Of a stretch of 44,162 nucleotides of DNA, positions 17,391 to 26,319 are shown piece by piece. Source of the DNA: a virus (Duplodnaviria; Caudoviricetes); the IMG/VR virus record IMGVR_UViG_3300042350_000206, positions 1-44,162 of that record; one strand, given 5' to 3'. Positions within the stretch are counted from its first letter, which is position 1, and each line of letters opens with the position of its first letter. The notes under the pieces were generated by a model, which did not search any database, was not told the DNA's origin, and saw nothing but the letters and a program-made list of their open reading frames with translations. Position numbers and translations under genes: made by a program.

Positions 17391-19135
17391 TAAACACCCA
17401 TCTGCTGAGCAGCCATCAGTTGTTCTTGGTTAACCATCTCGGCTTCCTGAACGGTCTGTTGGGTCTCAAGTTGTTCGATAACGCTGATGTTCTCACCGTA
17501 CAGACGAGGCTCACCAAGCTCTTCAGCCATGATCTTAGCCATCTCCTTACCCGACAAGTGAGGGGCAATGGTGGGGTCGGCAAGCTTAAGCTGGTAAAGC
17601 TGCGTAAGGTTCTGTACCCGACGAGCACGTTCAGCAAAGTGACGAGCACCGACAGGAACAATCTTACCCTTGGCTGTGATGTCGTCTTTGGTAATGCTAC
17701 GGAACAAGATAGCCCCAGTGGCGTCGTCAAGAACCCGGATAGTGTCCGACATGTTCATGTTACGACGAGCAACTTCCAGCATAGCGTTCATAATAGGCTC
17801 AAGGAACGTACGCTCAAAGTGGGCAGTCTTGTGCTCAAAGATACGCGAGGCTGAGTTCTGCAGGCTCTGGACCTCAAAGGCAGTCTTCTCACCGGGCGTA
17901 CGGATACCCATAGCCTGACGAGGAGCACCAGCCATTTCCTCCATCTTGTTCTCAAGGAGTTGAATCTGGAGGTCAGCTTGAAGGGCAGTGCCATCAGGCT
18001 GCAGGTAGCCTACGTCGCCTTCTTCACCAAGGTAAATACGAGCACCCGGCTGGAAGTCAAAGTCCTCTACGTCCCCACGAATCTTCATCACAGGGTAGGC
18101 AATCTGGTCGAATACGTCTGCCTTAAGGTTCTCAAGGTGATCGATACGATACTGCATACCGACGAGGTTATCCAACGGACCCATAGCGTACAGGTTATCA
18201 GGGCGAGGACGCCAACCCGACATGAAGATAGGCGCATGACCCAACCACGAGGGGTTCTCCTCATTGTCCAGAACGTAAGCACGGTCGACAACAGTGATGA
18301 TACGATCCGAGTGGAGCTTGTTCTCGTTGTAGTCGAAGATGTCCCCGTAGAACGAGAGAACCTCAACGTAGTCCGACTCGTAGTACTGTTGGATCGACGT
18401 AAAGCCATCAGCGATGAAACCGTCAGCTTTGTTATACGCAGAGTCAGCCGAACGGATAGAGGCCCGAGCGTACATCATCTTGTCGATAATGGATTGCCAA
18501 TGGGCCTTAGACGGGTCTTTGTCGATCATCCGTTTGATCTCACCGAGGGTAAGAATGCTCTTGATGATCTTAGGTGTCTTGTAGAAGTCAGAGGCCGTAG
18601 GGTTAAATACGATGTCGTAAGGAGAAATACGGACCAGACGAGGCCCAATGTAATTCGTCGTTACTTCGCCAGATTCCTTGACGTTGTAGTCTTGGTTCCA
18701 CTCGACAGTAGCAAAGCAGTTACCGTACTGAATCCAATCGTACAGAAGGCTAGAAGCGGTGTTCACAAAGTCAGACTGACGGACCTTATTGTCCATGTAC
18801 GCTTGAATGACATCACGCTTAGCTTTAGTGCCATCTGCAGCCGAGGTGCCTTCCCAACGCATCCACTTCTGCTGAGGGAACAGAGTAGCAAAATAGTTCG
18901 CATGGAGGTTGTCCATGATCTGCGTCAGCTTAGGGGTCGTCGTAGAGTTCGACCACGGAAGGGCAGCATTCTTCGTCGTACGGGTGTCCGTAGCGTAGAG
19001 GTAGTTACGGAGTTCTTTCTTTTCGACAAGCCACTTGTCACGCAGAGAGTTCCACTCGACCCAACGATTAGCAATCTCGACAGCGAGAGTATCGGGGTTA
19101 AGCAGGTGCTCAAGTTCGATGGTAGTTCCGGCCAT
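17390..19135 (-). CDS. Portal protein
   Basis: 581 aa after TerL; GPRLVRISPYDIVFNP, MGPLDNLVGMQYRIDHLEN, GIRTPGEKTAFEV. Confidence 0.85.
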   Translation of the reverse strand: MAGTTIELEHLLNPDTLAVEIANRWVEWNSLRDKWLVEKKELRNYLYATDTRTTKNAALPWSNSTTTPKLTQIMDNLHANYFATLFPQQKWMRWEGTSAADGTKAKRDVIQAYMDNKVRQSDFVNTASSLLYDWIQYGNCFATVEWNQDYNVKESGEVTTNYIGPRLVRISPYDIVFNPTASDFYKTPKIIKSILTLGEIKRMIDKDPSKAHWQSIIDKMMYARASIRSADSAYNKADGFIADGFTSIQQYYESDYVEVLSFYGDIFDYNENKLHSDRIITVVDRAYVLDNEENPSWLGHAPIFMSGWRPRPDNLYAMGPLDNLVGMQYRIDHLENLKADVFDQIAYPVMKIRGDVEDFDFQPGARIYLGEEGDVGYLQPDGTALQADLQIQLLENKMEEMAGAPRQAMGIRTPGEKTAFEVQSLQNSASRIFEHKTAHFERTFLEPIMNAMLEVARRNMNMSDTIRVLDDATGAILFRSITKDDITAKGKIVPVGARHFAERARRVQNLTQLYQLKLADPTIAPHLSGKEMAKIMAEELGEPRLYGENISVIEQLETQQTVQEAEMVNQEQLMAAQQMGV

Positions 19136-20673
19136 TATGCACTGCCTCTAAATCGTGAGTTAGCCCAGACGATATTGCTACTCTTGCTGCGCTGAACGTT
19201 CTTCATAGGTTTCACAGCCATGTCGACAGCAGAAGCTAGGGCGTCCTTAACGTCGTCGTGGGCTGGGTTACGGCTAGACAGTTCTTCCTCAAGGATTTGA
19301 GTGTTACCGCCTCTGTAGTGCCAGATCGAAAGGTTGTCGTAACGAGGCTCAAGGACGGCTGCGATACGCTCTTCCTTACTGCCTTTATTCGGTCGGTACT
19401 CTTCGATGGAGATCGACAAACCATGTTGCTTGATGAGTTCTTTAAGCTGCTTCACAATAGCTACCTGAGCCACCGTGACTTCTGCCCTCATCTTCCTGAA
19501 CGACCACTTATTGCTAAGCTGTAGAATATGGTCGAAGTAGTCACTGATGCGATCCGTACGGAAACGATCAATCTCTAAGACGTAGACGTTATTCTCACCA
19601 TCGACACCGACGACAACCATAGCAGTGTAGTCAGCTTTCTTGCTAAGGCTAAACGCGAAGTCCACTGCACAGTAAACGTTCAGACGGTGCGTCTTGTAGA
19701 ACCAGTAACCATTATCAAGGTGGAGATGCTTACGGTCGTAGTACTGAAACTTATCTGAACCTACGGGTACGTTATCTGGGTCCGTAGGATCGTTGTAGTA
19801 CTGCGCCCTGAACTGTCCTTTGTCGAGGTACTGACCACGCTTCTTAGCTAGAATCTGTTGGTCGAAACCAAACCACTTACCGTCTTTACGTTGTTGACGA
19901 GGCCACAGGAACTCACCCGTACCGTCGCCCCTATCTTCTACTGCACGTTCAAAGATTTCGTAGATGTTCTCTTCGCCAACCTTACCACCATCTTTGTCGT
20001 ACTGATCCTCAATCATCTGCATCAAGTCGTTATACAGATCAATCGGATGGTAGCGAGTGCCTACGACCCACTCACGAGCCTCAGCACCTTCGATGGACGA
20101 CAACAAAGAATACTGGCTTCTTACTTTGTCACGGCCTTCGTTAGTGTACGCATTCTCATAGACAACCACGTCATCAAGTACTGCAATGTCGCAGTGCATA
20201 CCAGTAAGGGAAGTAGTGAGGCCACCAGTGAAGATGCTAGGGTCACGTACGTTTTCTTTCTTACGCTGAGGATGGTCTAACGCAATCTCCGAGGTGGTCC
20301 AACGAGTACGCTTACCTTCTTCAGGATGGACGTGCTCAGGCCAGTAACGACGATATACCTCAGAGGTAAAGATACCTTTCATAAAGCCTAGCTGCTTCTC
20401 CGCAAGGTTAGCCGTAGCAGAGATGTAGAGCACACGCAGCGTAGGATTCTTCGTAAGTTCCCACACAACCCGGTAAGCTACCATACGAGACTTCTGATGG
20501 TCACGAGGGAACAGAACGAGTTGGTGAGTCTTGCTGTCTTGACGTGTCCACCAGCCGAGCAACTCAGAGTGACATTGACCAAGGACTTGCTCAGGAGCGA
20601 CAAGCTTGATAAAGGTCTCTAAGTCAGCCTCGGCAGCTAGACGGATTGTGTCGTTGACTGATAAAGAACTCAT
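19135..20673 (-). CDS. terL: Terminase large subunit
   Basis: PRDHQKS Walker A variant, LDDVV Walker B, VGTRY, AVDFA and HDDVKDALA nuclease motifs. Confidence 0.9.
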   Translation of the reverse strand: MSSLSVNDTIRLAAEADLETFIKLVAPEQVLGQCHSELLGWWTRQDSKTHQLVLFPRDHQKSRMVAYRVVWELTKNPTLRVLYISATANLAEKQLGFMKGIFTSEVYRRYWPEHVHPEEGKRTRWTTSEIALDHPQRKKENVRDPSIFTGGLTTSLTGMHCDIAVLDDVVVYENAYTNEGRDKVRSQYSLLSSIEGAEAREWVVGTRYHPIDLYNDLMQMIEDQYDKDGGKVGEENIYEIFERAVEDRGDGTGEFLWPRQQRKDGKWFGFDQQILAKKRGQYLDKGQFRAQYYNDPTDPDNVPVGSDKFQYYDRKHLHLDNGYWFYKTHRLNVYCAVDFAFSLSKKADYTAMVVVGVDGENNVYVLEIDRFRTDRISDYFDHILQLSNKWSFRKMRAEVTVAQVAIVKQLKELIKQHGLSISIEEYRPNKGSKEERIAAVLEPRYDNLSIWHYRGGNTQILEEELSSRNPAHDDVKDALASAVDMAVKPMKNVQRSKSSNIVWANSRFRGSA

Positions 20674-20679
20674 GTGACA

Positions 20680-20708
20680 ATAATACCACAGTTGATTTGG
20701 TTTGTCAA
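20680..20708 (-). promoter_or_regulatory. Sigma70-type promoter giving a probably leaderless terL mRNA
   Basis: TTGACA(20708-20703)-17 bp-TATTAT(20685-20680) with TG extension; ATG 6 nt downstream, no SD. Confidence 0.75.
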
Positions 20709-20732
20709 GGGGTACGTTTTGCCCTTACAGCA

Positions 20733-21347
20733 CTACGCTTTTAGCCAACCGTAAATCTTCTCGGTTTCTTTCTTTCGGTGGTCCAAGCCAATGTACCCAC
20801 CATTCACTCGCTTCGTGATTTGCTTGATGATGTCGTCACTTACGCCCTTATCTGCGATAGCAAACAAACCATTTTTCTCGAAGAACCACATGGCAGTTTC
20901 CATCGCATAGTCAGTTTCGACCAGCGAAGGGTTCTCCATAACTTCAGGCAAACGCATATCAGAGGCAAAGGATCGGTAGTTGTCCTTGCCTGTCAACTGC
21001 AAGAAACCACGGCCAATCCAGATGTGCCCCTCGCCTTCTCCGTTGCCCATGCGACCAGAGTAAACCTTGTCAGCCAGAGCCTTGGGGTTACGGGCGTAGG
21101 GTGCAGCCTCAGCCACACTCTTGAACCGAGAGGGCCAGACCTTACACATGGTCTCAGCGGAATAATTGAGATTTTCACGGGTGATTTTTAGGCCCCCGCT
21201 CTCGTGGCTGGCTTGCCCGAGCAGGTGAGCACCACGTTCAGCAGAGAGCTTAAAGTGCTTAGCGATAGCTCGTGCCGTGTTAGGCCCAAAGGAGCCATCA
21301 GCGACGACACCACACTTCTCTTGAAGCTTCTTCATAGCGTCAGACAT
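20733..21347 (-). CDS. Endolysin, GH19 family with N-terminal peptidoglycan-binding segment
   Basis: ADGSFGPNT; HESGGL..ENLNYS; GRGFLQLTGKDNY; ITKRVNGGYIGL.HR; start 21347 approximate. Confidence 0.85.
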   Translation of the reverse strand: MSDAMKKLQEKCGVVADGSFGPNTARAIAKHFKLSAERGAHLLGQASHESGGLKITRENLNYSAETMCKVWPSRFKSVAEAAPYARNPKALADKVYSGRMGNGEGEGHIWIGRGFLQLTGKDNYRSFASDMRLPEVMENPSLVETDYAMETAMWFFEKNGLFAIADKGVSDDIIKQITKRVNGGYIGLDHRKKETEKIYGWLKA

Positions 21348-21363
21348 TACGTTTACAGGCTCT

Positions 21364-21648
21364 CTATTTGTCGTTACATTCTTGTGCAGGCGGCTCATCG
21401 TCTCCACCCTTGTTGCGATTGTTCCCAGCGGCTAGAACGCCACCCAGCGCACCCACTAGGAACGACGTAATAGGGGTCAGAATTGAGAACAGTGCTCTGT
21501 CGTTTTCACTCGACTCTCCCAAAGGCTGGGTTACGAATACCAAAGAGTAGAGGATGATAAAGATACTGATGCCAAGGATTAGGGTCAGGGACACCCCTAC
21601 GAAGTAACGTAGCTTGGCCTCTAGGTATTCAGGGTCAGTCTTTTTCAT
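21364..21648 (-). CDS. Two-TM membrane protein, holin candidate
   Basis: Two hydrophobic helices, immediately upstream of the endolysin. Confidence 0.55.
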   Translation of the reverse strand: MKKTDPEYLEAKLRYFVGVSLTLILGISIFIILYSLVFVTQPLGESSENDRALFSILTPITSFLVGALGGVLAAGNNRNKGGDDEPPAQECNDK

Positions 21649-21833
21649 TCTGATGTTCCCGTTAGGTCAGTGGCGCACATTCGAGTACGTAAGCAAATAG
21701 GAGGTTGGCATTCAGGGGAGTCGAAATGGGAGGGCGACTGACATTCATAACGATAAAAGCCATCACCACTGAAGTAGAAAAGTACACCAATGGCAATGAC
21801 AGACACAGGCCATATCCAATGTTCTAGTACCAT
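21645..21833 (-). CDS. Small Cys-rich membrane-anchored protein
   Basis: N-terminal TM then YRYECQ..ECQPPIC....C. Confidence 0.6.
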   Translation of the reverse strand: MVLEHWIWPVSVIAIGVLFYFSGDGFYRYECQSPSHFDSPECQPPICLRTRMCATDLTGTSE

Positions 21834-21834
21834 C

Positions 21835-22326
21835 TTACCACCTCTCCAGATAACGACCCCAGAAGTACAGACCAAAGCCAGCGATAACGCTTGTTGCTAA
21901 GATAACACCTGTCCAGAGTGCAGCCTCTAGGATACCTTCGATTAACTCTTTGCGACGATAGACCTGTTCGCGCTGTTGCTCTCTTACCCTACGCTCAATA
22001 GCTTGGAACTCTAACCATGCGTCGTTACCATAACTGTAGCTGATAAGCTGACGCAATTCCTTACGCTGTTGTTCGCACTGCTTCTGGGCTGCAAAGATGT
22101 CAATGGCGCTCTGCTGGGTGTCCTTACCGAACAACGTCTTGAAGACACCCGGTGGTTCATTTGCTTTGTCGGCAGCGTAAGCAATGTCAGAGACAGCTTT
22201 ACCCCACTCCGAGAGTTGAGATGCCATGTCTTGTATCTCACGGCCAGCCGCAATGCCCTGCTTAAGCATTGAGAAAGCTTTGCTCCCAACGCTGATTGCC
22301 ATGCCAATGCTAACTGGGTCGAACAT
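21835..22326 (-). CDS. Conserved phage protein with C-terminal TM helix
   Basis: MFDPVSIG..GREIQDMASQLSEW, coiled coil, C-terminal hydrophobic helix. Confidence 0.7.
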   Translation of the reverse strand: MFDPVSIGMAISVGSKAFSMLKQGIAAGREIQDMASQLSEWGKAVSDIAYAADKANEPPGVFKTLFGKDTQQSAIDIFAAQKQCEQQRKELRQLISYSYGNDAWLEFQAIERRVREQQREQVYRRKELIEGILEAALWTGVILATSVIAGFGLYFWGRYLERW

Positions 22327-22356
22327 TTACAAGCTCCAGAGCATCTCGGGTGTCAT
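22327..22356 (-). pseudogene. Nine-codon relic MTPEMLWSL*
   Basis: ATG coupled to upstream TGA and stop abutting the next ATG; looks like a truncated gene start at a module boundary. Confidence 0.35.
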
Positions 22357-22877
22357 GCGTCTGCCTCTTGGATCACCAGATCGCCAGCGTCCACCTGACG
22401 CATGATCTCTCCCGCCTTTCTCGCTGCCACAGCGTCTTTGAAGTCGGTAAAGTAACCTAGGTGATGACGCAGGCCATGAACGCGCATGTAAGCAACCCAT
22501 TTCTGTTTGCTGCGGCTAAAGTGAACGCCGACTTCGCCGCTCTTGTTGGTTTTCGGGACGCCGCAATTCCAAGCGTTTTCAGCAAAGCTGGAGGCCCGCA
22601 GATTCTCTATGCGGTTATTTTGCGGGTTTCTGTCAATGTGGTCAACGTGGCTCGGCTCTTGCCCGGTGCACATCTTGAAGATGATCCGATGCTCAAGGTA
22701 AAGAACTCCATCAACTCGAACTGTTCGGTAACCGTTTTTACCGAGGCTCCCAGCCAAAGCGCCAGCGCCCATGTTCTTGCACGGTTTAACCTTCCAAAAA
22801 AGAGAGCCGTCACGATAGTCCAACTTTTCGCGAAGCTCTTCTGAGGAGAGGTGTATGGGTTTGGCGAAGGTTGTCAC
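22353..22877 (-). CDS. HNH homing endonuclease with AP2-like domain, fused to the displaced 3' end of its target gene
   Basis: HRII..VDHIDRNPQNNRIENLR...N; SGEVGV..KWVAY..LGYF; GTG 22877 overlaps upstream TAG. Confidence 0.9.
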   Translation of the reverse strand: MTTFAKPIHLSSEELREKLDYRDGSLFWKVKPCKNMGAGALAGSLGKNGYRTVRVDGVLYLEHRIIFKMCTGQEPSHVDHIDRNPQNNRIENLRASSFAENAWNCGVPKTNKSGEVGVHFSRSKQKWVAYMRVHGLRHHLGYFTDFKDAVAARKAGEIMRQVDAGDLVIQEADA

Positions 22878-23062
22878 TAGACGTCCGCCTCTTGGATTAC
22901 GAGCGTCCCGGCCTCTACGGCAGCCATAAGGGCCTCGTAGTGACGGTTGCCGGGAGTCAAAGGCACGGACCACTCTTGCCCGTCGATGGTGGCCTTGATG
23001 CTGGACGCTTGGCCGCTCAGATTGTCGTTACAGTATTGGGCTGATGTGATGTTCATGATCAT
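22877..23062 (-). CDS. Small tail-fibre-associated protein
   Basis: MNITSAQY..IKATIDGQEWSVPL.PGNRHY..LVIQEAD; ATGA-coupled to the fibre gene. Confidence 0.7.
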   Translation of the reverse strand: MIMNITSAQYCNDNLSGQASSIKATIDGQEWSVPLTPGNRHYEALMAAVEAGTLVIQEADV

Positions 23063-24135
23063 AGTTCCGCATCTCCCGCAATAAATCCGCTGCCGCCTGC
23101 TGTATAAACATACCCTCCGCTTTTTGCGGTAAACGAAGCCGATGACGCAACCCAACCAATCTGGGCGCTGTTTGTGCCAGCCGCAGTCAAGGCTGTTGAA
23201 GACACCGAAATTCCGGTAACTCCATCTGCCACATTCAAACTAGAGAATGAAAATGACGGAGCCGCCCGCATGGTTACAGGAAATGTTTGCATGGTGTAGA
23301 GAGTAGTTGTCGAGGCAAAAGCGCCGCTTGAAAAGCCTACGTTGCTGACGCCTCCACCAGCAAGTTTGAAGTAATACCGCTGGCACCGCGCCAACTCAGG
23401 CCCCAATTCGGGCTGCTTGTACAGGTCTACCGCCGCCGTGGTGTGAGTGCCAACCTTGATGTGGACGCCCCACAGGTCAACCCCGATGGTCTGGAGGCCG
23501 AGGGAGTTGGTGTTGGCATTGAAGTCAGAACCAGCAGAAGTCCAGAACCTAAGCTGGAGATAGTCGTTGCCGTTGGTCCCCAAGGTTTTTCCGCTGATCG
23601 ACGGCACGGCAAACGTCAGCGCAAACGCAGCCCAAGACCCCGTGAGAGTAACGGTTTGCGGCGAGACAAAAACCCGAGAGGACGGAGAACCGCCAGTGCC
23701 AAAGTCCTGAATGCACTGCACAGCCACGTTGCCCGAGCCAGACGAGCGGCGCATCCAGCCAAGGACCGTAATGGTCTGCCCAGCGTAGTTGCGGACGCCT
23801 TCAATGCTTTGCACTGTGATGGCATACTGTGCAGCAGTCGATTGCCCGCTTACCGATTGGCGAAGAAAGAACGATGGGTTGTTGTTGCCAAACGTGTCGC
23901 CAAGGGTGAACGCCTGACGGGACTGCGAGAAGCTGCCACCAGAAAATTCACTATACCAACGGTCAGGTAGATACCCCGACGCCGTGCTACTCGTCCCCCG
24001 CTGCCAGAAGTCGAAGGCCCCGTTGATGATGCGGTTCTCAGGGTCAAGAACACCGGGGCGCAGAGGCACAGTGTTGATCGTAGCCGTGTTGCCACCAGAG
24101 GCGTCGAGGATCGCGTTTGTGCGGAGCGTGGACAT
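23059..24135 (-). CDS. Tail fibre / receptor-binding protein
   Basis: NRIINGAFDFWQRG and ELARCQRYY..FPVTMRAAPS motifs of phage fibres. Confidence 0.8.
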   Translation of the reverse strand: MSTLRTNAILDASGGNTATINTVPLRPGVLDPENRIINGAFDFWQRGTSSTASGYLPDRWYSEFSGGSFSQSRQAFTLGDTFGNNNPSFFLRQSVSGQSTAAQYAITVQSIEGVRNYAGQTITVLGWMRRSSGSGNVAVQCIQDFGTGGSPSSRVFVSPQTVTLTGSWAAFALTFAVPSISGKTLGTNGNDYLQLRFWTSAGSDFNANTNSLGLQTIGVDLWGVHIKVGTHTTAAVDLYKQPELGPELARCQRYYFKLAGGGVSNVGFSSGAFASTTTLYTMQTFPVTMRAAPSFSFSSLNVADGVTGISVSSTALTAAGTNSAQIGWVASSASFTAKSGGYVYTAGGSGFIAGDAEL

Positions 24136-24335
24136 TAGTTGGCCTCCTCGGTCGGGTAGGGATAACGTGCCTCAATTTCTGCGACCTTATCAAGCCATGC
24201 TTGCTGCGCAACTTTGCCACGCTGAGCTTGGAAGAATAAGGCATCAGCTTCTTCCCTGTAGGCCAATGCGCGGTTAATCTTCTGCTGCTCAAGCGACGGG
24301 ATAGGATTTGCGGGGCTGGTCGAAGCTTCTGACAT
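24135..24335 (-). CDS. Tail fibre assembly-like protein
   Basis: RALAYREEAD.LFF...WLDKVAEIEARYPYP. Confidence 0.65.
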   Translation of the reverse strand: MSEASTSPANPIPSLEQQKINRALAYREEADALFFQAQRGKVAQQAWLDKVAEIEARYPYPTEEAN

Positions 24336-24374
24336 TATTTGACCTCCAATGCGGTAATGCGGTGAGTCATCCTG

Positions 24375-24869
24375 TTACACCGAACTATAGTGCAGAGAGA
24401 CAATGATGCGGGTTTGGTTGGCGTTTTGCGACGAGTTTGGCCCAACATAAAACTTTGTCCCTGCTGTGACAGAAAGAGAAACGGTCTTTGTCTGGGAGCG
24501 TGTGCCAGCAGCAGTTCCTGTGTATGTGTCAAGAGCGACAAAAGACCCACCACCAATCACATAACCAAACTGCTCAACAACGTTATCCTGAGCGCCTTGG
24601 AGGTATTGGTAAATAATGGAGGTGATGGTCACGTCATAGGGAAACGTCACAAACGTCATGAACGTTCCGCCGTTCTTGAAATCGTTGCCGTCACCCGGCC
24701 CAATAGCAACAACCGACTTAGTGCCGATGATTTTACCATTAGCGTCAGCATAGACCACAGTCCCCGTCGCATCCGGCAGCGTCAGCGTCCGATCCGTGTT
24801 GCTATTGGGCGAGGCGAGGGTGAAGTTCCCCGTGCCAGAGGCGTTGCCCGAAAGTGTGATGCGGCTCAT
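24375..24869 (-). CDS. Short tail fibre-like protein
   Basis: SGNASGTGNFTLASPNSNTDRTLTLPDATGT fibre N-terminus. Confidence 0.7.
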   Translation of the reverse strand: MSRITLSGNASGTGNFTLASPNSNTDRTLTLPDATGTVVYADANGKIIGTKSVVAIGPGDGNDFKNGGTFMTFVTFPYDVTITSIIYQYLQGAQDNVVEQFGYVIGGGSFVALDTYTGTAAGTRSQTKTVSLSVTAGTKFYVGPNSSQNANQTRIIVSLHYSSV

Positions 24870-25864
24870 TGTGCGGCCTCCTTGAGTGCAGCAACTTCAA
24901 CTTCGAGGGCTTCAATGCGGGTCATGGCCTCTTGCAGAGCCTTCAAGGTGGCGTAGTGCAGATCAGCCTCATAGATCGACTTGAGCGGTACGCCATCATC
25001 AGGCATGTCTCCAAAGCCGTCTGAGTTGACAAACTCAGGTGCCACGCTCTCGACTTGTTGGGCGATGACGCCGATGTTGTCGTCTTCGTGCGACTGATCC
25101 CGATACTTGTAGGTGACTACCTCAAGCGCCTTGATCTTGTCCCAGTATGAGCCGAGAGGGGCAATGTCGATCTTTACCCGCTCGTCAGACAGGTTGGTGT
25201 TGTTGGCGCTGTAGTTCCTGATGCCACCATTGTCTGCAACATAGAAGCGATACCCATTATTGACCGCATTCTGGTTATAAAGGTGGTAAGTGTTTTTTGC
25301 GCTAGCCGTGTTGAACGTGGCGTAGACTTCACCATCCGGCGAGATTGAAGCCCCAGTTCCCGGCGAAGCTGGAGTTCCTCTTGTGGTCTGTCCGACAAGG
25401 AGCGTCCCGGAGCTGTCGATGCGGGCGCGTTCTGACGGATTTACGTTGTTCGTTGTCGTCGTGCTGAAGGTAATTGTTGAGCCGCCAGCCTCAGAACTCA
25501 GATTTATATACGCTGCGGCCTTACCTGTGTCTGCAAATATCCCGTCGTGAGGGCGGCGATTAACTGAAATTTGCCCAACACTGCCGGATGTGCCGACAAA
25601 CGTAGGGGTGAGAGACCCATCAATTTCAAAAGACTGATCGGAGGAGCCGCCCAAATGCAGCTTAACCGCAGGGCTTGTCGTCCCAATCCCCAGCCGCCCA
25701 TTTGCATCAAACCGAGCAACTTCAGCCCCGCCTTCCGCGAAGGCAATCGTATCAGCCGCAGGGAAGAACACCCCGGTGTTGGTGTCCTCGCCCTGAACCG
25801 CAGGGGTGCCAGCACTGCCGTTGGTGCCAGAAATTCCGGTAGTACCATTGATAAGGACGGTCAT
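24866..25864 (-). CDS. Tail fibre with C-terminal intramolecular chaperone (peptidase S74)
   Basis: GRLGIGTTSP, ERARIDSSG repeats; SDERVKIDI..IGVIAQQVE..coiled coil; ATG 25864. Confidence 0.85.
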   Translation of the reverse strand: MTVLINGTTGISGTNGSAGTPAVQGEDTNTGVFFPAADTIAFAEGGAEVARFDANGRLGIGTTSPAVKLHLGGSSDQSFEIDGSLTPTFVGTSGSVGQISVNRRPHDGIFADTGKAAAYINLSSEAGGSTITFSTTTTNNVNPSERARIDSSGTLLVGQTTRGTPASPGTGASISPDGEVYATFNTASAKNTYHLYNQNAVNNGYRFYVADNGGIRNYSANNTNLSDERVKIDIAPLGSYWDKIKALEVVTYKYRDQSHEDDNIGVIAQQVESVAPEFVNSDGFGDMPDDGVPLKSIYEADLHYATLKALQEAMTRIEALEVEVAALKEAAQ

Positions 25865-26316
25865 AGGATCACCCAATTAGAGCCAGTAGGGATGGTGACG
25901 GTTACACTAGAGTTAACAGTGATAGGGCCTGCGCTAAGGGCGTTCTTATTGGCCGAAATGGTGTAGTTACTGGTTACAGTCTGACCGTTCTCAATAAAGA
26001 CTTCATCCGTACCGCCACCAGTTGCACCACCACCGACAGAACCCCAAGAGGTACCGTTGTACCCTTCAAACTTAGCGACATCAGAGTTAAAGCGGAAGAA
26101 ACCTGCAGACGGAGAGCCATCACGTTGTGCCTCAGCACCAACAGGAATCTTAGCCGACCCAGTGTCAGAAGTCTTTTCTACCCGATCCGCGTTAACGAAC
26201 GTTTTGATCTGAGTGCCTGTGACCTTCTTAGAGGTAAGGCTATCATTGACCTCGAACTCCTGCGTACCAGAAGCAGAAGCGGCGGCTGGTAGTTGGCTGA
26301 TCTTTACGTTAGCCAT
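25861..26316 (-). CDS. Tail fibre-related protein
   Basis: KISQLPAA N-terminus, FRFNSD..KFEGYNGTSWG, ENGQTV..AGPIT. Confidence 0.75.
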   Translation of the reverse strand: MANVKISQLPAAASASGTQEFEVNDSLTSKKVTGTQIKTFVNADRVEKTSDTGSAKIPVGAEAQRDGSPSAGFFRFNSDVAKFEGYNGTSWGSVGGGATGGGTDEVFIENGQTVTSNYTISANKNALSAGPITVNSSVTVTIPTGSNWVIL

Positions 26317-26319
26317 GAG

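Noticed and set aside
22353-25864. Diversity-generating retroelement or invertible fibre cassette
   Set aside because: No reverse transcriptase or invertase, and the duplicated 60-bp end differs at all base types rather than only adenines
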